From contig OZ024742.1 of the NCBI GenBank assembly GCA_964016885.1, positions 225,246,001 to 225,310,000 of the forward strand: 64,000 bases of DNA, given 5' to 3'. The stretch's first letter is position 1. Every line of letters begins with the position of its first letter. The stretch is from Eledone cirrhosa (Eukaryota). Shown here piece by piece: positions 55,899-64,000 of this stretch. The notes beneath the pieces are model-generated. The model searched no databases, was not told where the DNA came from, and worked only from the letters and a program-made list of their open reading frames with translations. The position numbers were made by a program, and so were the translations under genes.

Positions 55899-55984
55899 TA
55901 TATATACTTGTGCGTGCGCGCATGTATGTGTGCATGTGAGCGTATATGTAAATATACATATATACATATCTATGACAATCTCTT

Positions 55985-56126
<142 letters not shown>

Positions 56127-56170
56127 TATATACATATACATATATATATATATACACACACGCACCCATA

Positions 56171-56204
<34 letters not shown>

Positions 56205-56508
56205 TTTTCTTTTTAAGTTAAACAAGGTTCGATGAATAAATCAGGGAATGAGTTTTACAATAGATTGGAAGCACTCAACCGGTAAAAGGTTTTCCAGAGT
56301 TATTAATATTAATTCAAAATATTAACAAAATAAATATTCTTGTGATCAAGTATATTCTATTATACATATTTCAGAGATACTGAGTTAAGTTCAACAGTAC
56401 GTCCTCATCAGATAAAATAAGATGATGCATGACATACCCTGACATAGTAGATGGTTAATATTCAGTCATGATAGTCACTACTATGTCAGGGTATGTCATG
56501 CACCATCT

Positions 56509-56575
56509 TATTTTATCTGATGAGGACGTACTGTTGAACTTAACTCAGTACCTCTGAAATATGTATAATAGAATA
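56509..56575 (+). ncRNA. AT-rich hammerhead family (also 56353-56419 -, 56755-56815 +, 61132-61178 -, 41474-41536 -, ~41774-41838 -)
   Basis: TATTTTAT CTGATGA [variable stem II] GAAA TATRTA TA ATARAATA; core and stems I/III conserved while stem II varies in length. Confidence 0.7.
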
Positions 56576-56615
56576 TACTTGATCACAAGAATATCTATTT
56601 TGTTAATATTTTGAA

Positions 56616-56698
<83 letters not shown>

Positions 56699-56996
56699 CT
56701 TGAACCGTGAAGGTCTCGTTCCTGGATATGTCAATATTTATAAAACAAACTTTGTATTTTATCTGATGAGTGCGTACCAAAGTTTTGGTATCCTTGAAAT
56801 ATATATAATAGAATAACTATGGTTTTATAAATATAGTTTCATTTATTAATATTATTGATATTATACTCCAGAAAATCTGTCGAGTGCTTCGAATCAGTTA
56901 TAAATATATATATTTGTCGAATTACCAACAAATTAAATATCACTTTGCTTATATATATATATAAGCAGTTGCAAACTTGACTGTCACCACACAATG

Positions 56997-57035
56997 TGAA
57001 CCTGAAGATTGCGAAAACATGAAAGTACTTGTTCA
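56997..57035 (+). ncRNA. Minimal hammerhead with weak stem II
   Basis: TGAAC CTGAAGA TTGCGAAAACAT GAAA GTAC TT GTTCA. Confidence 0.55.
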
Positions 57036-57304
57036 ATTAACACTTAACATTTAATATTCTACCATACTATTTCATTCTAATACCATTATAAATGTTAAAG
57101 GATTGTAAATAAAACGAGTAAATCAGACAAAGTTGGAATTCCTTTTATTATTATAATCTTCTATACACAATCATACACACCCGTGTATATTTATCTCTCT
57201 CTCTCTCTCTCTTATATATATATCCTATTACCCACTCTACTACCCTAAATATTGAGTATTTTGGTGCGTTATGGTCCACCTGGTTCCTTACCACATTTCC
57301 TTCG

Positions 57305-57349
<45 letters not shown>

Positions 57350-57471
57350 TATATAGATATATATATATATATATATATATACAGACATTTGTTTTGCAAG
57401 GTTTTTGATATGAAATCGTGTGTCGAAACAAATATTGTTATACTTGGGGAGAGTCATATTGTTGTAATAAT

Positions 57472-57655
57472 TGTTTCTACTTTTGGCACAAGGCCAGCAA
57501 TTATCCCAGTGCATTACTGGTACTTTATTTTATCGACCCCGTAACGATAAAAGTCAAAGTTCACCTTGGCGGGATTTGAACTCAGAATGGCAAGGGCTGT
57601 AACTCTATGCGTCAAAGCATGGCGTCCGACCCTCTACCGATACTGCCAATCCACC
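57472..57655 (-). mobile_element. tRNA-SINE inserted into a PLE pLTR with a 14-bp TSD
   Basis: ATTGTTGTAATAAT at 57458-57471 and 57656-57669. Confidence 0.85.
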
Positions 57656-57922
57656 ATTGTTGTAATAATATTGCCAGAAATAATAACAGAACACACTCCG
57701 TGTTTGGTTGGTTTTTCGTTTCTGTATCTTTTATATCTCCATAGTTAATTCATTTGGCAATTAATGTTTATCACTGATTGACCAACGGTTAAAAATACAG
57801 ATATAAATATATATATATATATAGTCTATCAAAGTTCTTTCGTTGCACATCTGCAACATCATCAGTGGTACTATTATCATGTTCCCCTCCTATTGTATTG
57901 TAATGTTTACGCCATTTTTATT

Positions 57923-57985
<63 letters not shown>

Positions 57986-58567
57986 TTCTTGTCTCTGTCT
58001 CTGCGCATGTATTTGCGTGTATGTATAATGTTTGGTGTGTGTGTTCGCGTTTGAGTGTATGTGTTTGAGTAATTTTGTTTTTGTATTCTATCTTTGTTTA
58101 CTAGTGTGTGTTTATATGTGTTTGTTGTTATTGTACTTGTGTATATATTTATTTATATTTCCCTTAAGTCAGTATTGTTTGTTTGGGTATGGTTGTTGTT
58201 GTTATTACATTCATTTTTTTCTGTTTAACTTTGGTCTTCTTAGCTCTATCTCAGGAACTTCTCTCATTTGCCTACTTGTTGAGTCATTTCTATGTTTAGA
58301 TATTTCAATTTCTATGTTGTCATGTCTTTGTCTGGCGTGTTCGTATAGTACTGAACCGTTTTTGTTTTTTTTGTCCTTTTAGTTCCCCCCAGTTTTGGTC
58401 TATTCTTTCTCCTATGCTTCGAGCTGTCTCACCTATGTGTGTCATGTTTCTGCAAGTACCCTCAGTACATCTTATGCTATAGACTACATTTCTAGTTTTA
58501 CATATATACATATATACATATATACGAATATGTATATGTGCTTTTATATATGCAAATATGTGTGTCT

Positions 58568-58652
<85 letters not shown>

Positions 58653-58976
58653 ATAACTTCAATTATTATTTTTCCCTAAATTAGCTATTCCTTTGCACAG
58701 GCAGACTGGATATCCGTCGGTTTCAACAACGAGTGTTCCAGTTGATTTGGTCTACAGAGCAGCCTGTTCATGAAATTACTTTGTAAGTGGTTGAGCATTT
58801 CACAAACACGCGCGTCTCCCTTGCCGTCCTCCGGGGAAACGCCTTCTCCATTCTGTCCGCCGGGGCTGTGGGGAGGCCACCAATATTATTGACTGACTTG
58901 TCATTTTATCAGTCAGCTGTTGCTATCGTTAACAGGTAACTCCTCTTTATTTGTGGTTTCTACGGTCTCAGTACCA

Positions 58977-59078
<102 letters not shown>

Positions 59079-59357
59079 ACGCATACCCTTAAGGCAATTC
59101 TTATGGCGGTGCACCGTGACACTGTGTGTGACAAGACTGCCTCTTTGAGTTATAGGTACAACATGGGTTTTGGTTGTTATTTTTGTTTTTGAGTTGAGGT
59201 AGCTGAGGCTTGATCAAGGACAGAACTTGTCAGCAGGAACTAACTGACGACTTTACATTCGTAAGCGGAACACCATGACTGCTAGCCTATGCGTGTTCAC
59301 CAATGTTAAACAGTAACGATTTTAACAATGTAACATTAAATATATATATGTATATAA

Positions 59358-59885
59358 GGGCGGTGGATTGGCAGTATCGGTAGAGAGTCAGACGCCATGC
59401 TTTCCAGCATAGTTACGTCCCTTTACGATCTGAGTTCAAATCCCGCCGAGGTTGACTTTGCCTTTCATCCTTACGAGGTCGATAAAATAAAGTACCAGTA
59501 ATGCACTGGGTAATTGCTGGCCTTGAGCCTAAAGTAGAAACAATTATTATGGGCGGTGGATTGGCAGTATCGGTAGAGAGTCAGACGCCATGCTTTCCAG
59601 CATAGTTACGTCCCTTTACGATCTGAGTTCAAATCCCGCCGAGGTTGACTTTGCCTTTCATCCTTACGAGGTCGATAAAATAAAGTACCAGTAATGCACT
59701 GGGTAATTGCTGGCCTTGAGCCTAAAGTAGAAACAATTATTATGGGCGGTGGATTGGCAGTATCGGTAGAGAGTCAGACGCCATGCTTTCCAGCATAGTT
59801 ACGTCCCTTTACGATCTGAGTTCAAATCCCGCCGAGGTTGACTTTGACTTTCATCCTTACGAAGTCGATAAAATAAAGTACCAGA
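59358..59885 (+). mobile_element. Tandem SINE array, 193-bp unit x ~2.7, nearly identical
   Basis: Units start at 59358, 59551 and 59744. Confidence 0.9.
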
Positions 59886-59909
59886 AACAATTAAATATAT
59901 ATATGTATA

Positions 59910-59951
<42 letters not shown>

Positions 59952-60017
59952 CGTGCGTATGCGCGCGCGCGCATGTGTGTGTATATATATATATATATAC
60001 ACACACACTGTATATAT

Positions 60018-60061
<44 letters not shown>

Positions 60062-60064
<3 letters not shown>

Positions 60065-60285
60065 TGGCGGACTGGGTGTAAAAATATTGGTTGCCAGGAG
60101 ATGAAGGGGGCCCACCTACAAATAGAATGCTATCATTTAATTTTTATAATGAATAAACAACATTTTCGAAAAATACATAAGTGGAAACAAAACAGTGCAA
60201 TCAAATTTTTGCGGAAAAATATTTTACATTCTCCAATAAAAAATATTATTTATTTTGCGAAATCCAGAGACTTTCAATAATGACC
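60062..60285 (+). mobile_element. DNA-transposon-like left end (CAGTGGCGGA...), diverged second copy at 63552-63775
   Basis: ~225-bp direct repeat; both copies end at CTTTCAATAATGACC. Confidence 0.55.
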
Positions 60286-60288
60286 AGC

Positions 60289-60739
60289 AGTCGACCCTAA
60301 ATATGACTAATAGCTCTAGGAAAGCCATGAACGACACCACATCTTTTTAACTTTGATTTTGAAAGTAGGTTTATAATTATCAATTTTCATTATACTTTTG
60401 TAGCTGTCTCAGTGGCCTAGTTGGAGGAAGCATAGACGGTGGTGATCCTGGTCTGAAGTTCGATCCTGGTAGGGAGTAGGGTTCCCAGTAAACCTTTTCA
60501 GTTTTTTTTAGAGGCTGTAAAAATAAAATCTGAAAACGGTTACATGCACCTCTTGACCAGGATTGAACCCAAGGTCAGGATCTCCACCGTCTCTAGTACC
60601 TACCGCTAGGCCACAGAGACAACTACGAAAATCTTATGAAAATTCATATTTATAAACCTACTTTCAAAATGTTCAAAACAAAGTGTTGTGGTGTCGTTCA
60701 TATTTTTCATAATGTTATTGCTCCTACTTAAAGTCGACT
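60289..60739. repeat. ~450-bp imperfect palindrome with two inverted tRNA-like modules
   Basis: ATGAACGACACCAC/GTGGTGTCGTTCAT, TTTTGAAAGTAGGTTTATAA/TTATAAACCTACTTTCAAAA, TGTCTCAGTGGCCTAG/CTAGGCCACAGAGACA, GTTCGATCCTGGT/ACCAGGATTGAAC; centre ~60513. Confidence 0.8.
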
Positions 60740-60984
60740 TCTAAATCATTTGGGTGTTCCATAAACTACATCCTCGTTTTGTTTCACATCTATCTAGACT
60801 ATATTTTAACCTATAATCCATGTTTCACTTCAGTGCCACCTTATTTTCTCCCTCCCCTTTCTCTCTCCCTCCCCCTCTCTCTCTCTCTGTGATATTTGAA
60901 TCTACTATAATTTGGGCTTACCTCATTCCTATATATATGTTTTTGCATGTCAGTTAGATTCAAACTTACAATGATTAGCATTAT

Positions 60985-63545
60985 ATATATATAAGCAAAA
61001 GGGATATTCAATTTGTTGGTAATTCAACAAATATAAATGTTTATAACTGATTCAAAGCACTCGACAAGTTTTCTGGAGTATAATATTCAATGATATTAAA
61101 TAAATGGAAACTATATTTATAAAACCATATTTATTCTATTATATATATTTCAAGGATACGCTCTCATCAGATAAAATACAAAGTTTGTTTTATAAATATT
61201 GACATAACCAGGAACAATTACCTTAACGGTTCAAGTTTTTCCTGGATAGTGAAGGAAAAGAAGAAAAGTCAGATATTTCAAATTATTAAGATGAGTATGC
61301 AAATGAGGTTAAAGTATAGGGCTGAAAAAGACGTTATTTTTAAACGTTATGTAGAATTTAAATAATTAGGATATATGTATGTATGAGTAGGAAGAAGAAA
61401 AAGAAAGAAAGAAGAGCTTGTATTTACGTTAATTTTAAAAGAATTAACAATTTGTAGGAATGGTGGAATATGATTCCAGAATTTAAAAATTATTTAGCTA
61501 TATTATGAGTTATAATATTGTATATATAATCAATTGGGTTATATGAAGAATTATGGTTGTAAGTACATTTTATCTTATTACATTACAACAGTTGTAAGTA
61601 TATAAATATCTATATAGATTAATAATTGTGCATGTATAAGTATTATTGGTGATTTTATAGAAATAGAAATAAAAATAGAAATAAGTCACAATTATTAGTT
61701 GTTTACATTACGAAGGATGTTGATTTTGCATTTTACATTAAAAAAAACACGTAGATCAAGTTGTAAGAGGAGAACAATTTGTAGATTCAAATATTTTGTT
61801 CAAACATTGAAAATGTTTTCAGAATATTGTTAATTTAGCGAAGTTATATAGTTTGTCATACATATTATAATGTTTATTTTTGCTCGATTGAAAAGGAAAA
61901 GGAAAAAGAAAAGATAACTCCAATCTTGTTTGCTAACCGGTAAATTTGATGAATGATTTACTCCGAAAATATATAGAGAAAATTATAGAGAAAATTATAT
62001 ATTATTTCGTGTGAGATTAATTTTTCAAGGATGAGAGTTTCAATTATATATTATTTTAGTCGAAAGATGTGTGAAAGTTTGAAGATCAAAGAAGAGGAAA
62101 AAAGTATTCTGCATGTTGAAGAACTATCGTAAAGAGGATAACTTTCAGAATGTCAATTAAAGATTATCAATCTACATCTAAAAAAATAGATTTTAGAGGG
62201 GTATCATTAAGAAAATAATGTCAAATGGTAAAAATATTAAAATTAAGAAGGAAGATCATTTAAAAAAATTTAAATTTTTAAAGAAAATACTCAGTAAATA
62301 ATAGGATCATTTTAAAGGTGTATAAGATATAGTCAAGTGTAATGAATTTCATAAATTAAAAATACTTCTGAAAGTGGAATTTTGGCGGTGTCTGCAACTA
62401 GAAAATAATTCTGTTTTAAGATTAATAGAGTTTTGACAGTTAATTATATAAAAAAAATCTCCTCGATACACAAGTTACAGAATCTTGAGAAAGCCATATT
62501 TCGGTATACAGGTGCTTTCGAAATCGTTCCCCAAGATATTGAATAGTCTGTATTGTTGTCTTTTAAATTCCAAATTAAATGTGAAAGTGAAGTGGAAGAT
62601 TTTTTTATCGGATCTATTAAATGTATGTTTATGGTTATACCAGCGTTCTTTGAATTTTGTAGAAGTGGCACCAATATAGTTAAATATTTTGTTTCTAGTT
62701 TTAACTGTGCCTTTATAAATTACGTTTTTGTCTAAGCAATTATTTTGTAAAGAGCAGTTTGATTTAATTCTACAGTTACATTTTCTGGAGTTGTTGTTAT
62801 TCGGAACGGTACTATTATTATGAATATTGTTGTTAGAAATATTATTATTGCTATCTTGGTTTGTTTGGTTAGGGTTTAAATTTAAGTTTCTATTATTAAT
62901 TCTATTTATATTTTGTGCTATGTTCAAAGTAGTAGAGTAGGATAGTTTTATAATGTGTCTGTTAAAAATAGAGTGGTATCTGTGGGCTTTAGGAAAACAC
63001 TTATCTAGTGCTTTAAAAAATAGCTTTGCTAAAGGTGTTTTAACGCTTAATGAGAATGGGGGAGAGTACCAAATAATATTTCTAGTTCTAATTTTTTGTT
63101 TGGTTTACTATTTAAGTTGAATTGTTTATTGTTATTATAATGAATTCTAGGATGATATGTTACTTTTAATTGAAACCCATAGCAATAGTGAAATTAATAG
63201 GAAAAGGAAATACATAATACAATTTTTCAACAACTACAACCTTAATTTAGAAATCGAGAATAATTACAAAATAGTTAACTTCTTAGATGTAACCTTAAAC
63301 CTTAGCACAGGTCTTTACTATCCATTCCGTAAAATTAACGAAAATCTAAATTACGTAAGTTTCAATTCTAATCATCCTAGAAATATTAAAAAAACACTAT
63401 TGTCAATAGCGTCCAGCAACGGATTTCACGCATCTCTGCTAATAAAAATATTTTTGATGATAAGGCAGAATATTACAATGTGGCTTTACATAGAGCAGGA
63501 TACTCGAATAACATTGAATACATAGATAACAATAACATGACAAAT
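60985..63545 (-). mobile_element. Naiad-type PLE, 5'-truncated with 5' inversion
   Basis: Minus strand ~62360-63140 encodes IIWYSPPFS, CNCR..NC.L...CL, VIYK, YIGAT, CNLC. Plus strand 63150-63545 encodes DDMLL...FLDVTLNL...SNHP (RT motif C to thumb). HHR at 61132-61178. Confidence 0.85.
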
Positions 63546-63809
63546 CATCCTGTGGCGGACTTGGTCTAAAAATATTGGTTGCCAGGTGAAGGAAGCCCAC
63601 CTACATATAGAATGCTATCATTTAATTCTTATAATCAATAATTAACATTTTCAAAATTTACATAAGTAGAAACAAAACAGTGCAATCAAATTTTTGCGGA
63701 AAAATATCTTACCTTCTCCAATGACAAAACAAATATTACGTATTTTGCGAAATCCAGAGACTTTCAATAATGACCTTTGGTCTTTCACACTCACTCAAAA
63801 TATATATAT

Positions 63810-63879
<70 letters not shown>

Positions 63880-63890
63880 GTGTGTGTGTA

Positions 63891-63927
<37 letters not shown>

Positions 63928-64000
63928 CACCTTCACTACTATTGATTTGACAGATGTCTTCAACCCATTGATACTAAATATTATTCGGTCAGTAGTTCGT

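Noticed and set aside
60400-60475. Genuine tRNA gene
   Set aside because: A/B-box-like motifs only; no convincing cloverleaf, and it is embedded in a palindromic repeat.

Overview
AT-rich, microsatellite-saturated animal (eukaryotic) DNA. The SINE, microsatellite and retroelement mix resembles an octopus/cephalopod genome, but that assignment is inference. I found no convincing host exon; nearly all listed ORFs are translations of (TA)n/(TG)n/(GAA)n tracts. Real coding remnants are all retroelements: the 5' half of an L1/Tx1 LINE, a decayed near-full-length R4/Dong-type RLE element in a (TAA)n tract, further Tx1 and RTE fragments, and at least five Penelope-like elements (PLEs; RT and/or GIY-YIG). 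There are also tRNA-derived SINEs, two non-autonomous Helitrons and small MITEs. The most notable hidden layer is RNA. By eye I find about 30 type-I hammerhead ribozyme (HHR) motifs from roughly 10 sequence families, mostly in fold-back elements inserted into (TA)n. Highlights: (1) a 591-bp tandem retrozyme-like array and a related ~1-kb unit, both with a compensatory U3-A8 core; (2) a near-intact PLE bracketed by a ~1.55-kb inverted repeat whose HHR has a 114-nt stem II; (3) a six-copy family with a fixed U4A core change. Ribozyme activity is inferred from manual folding only.
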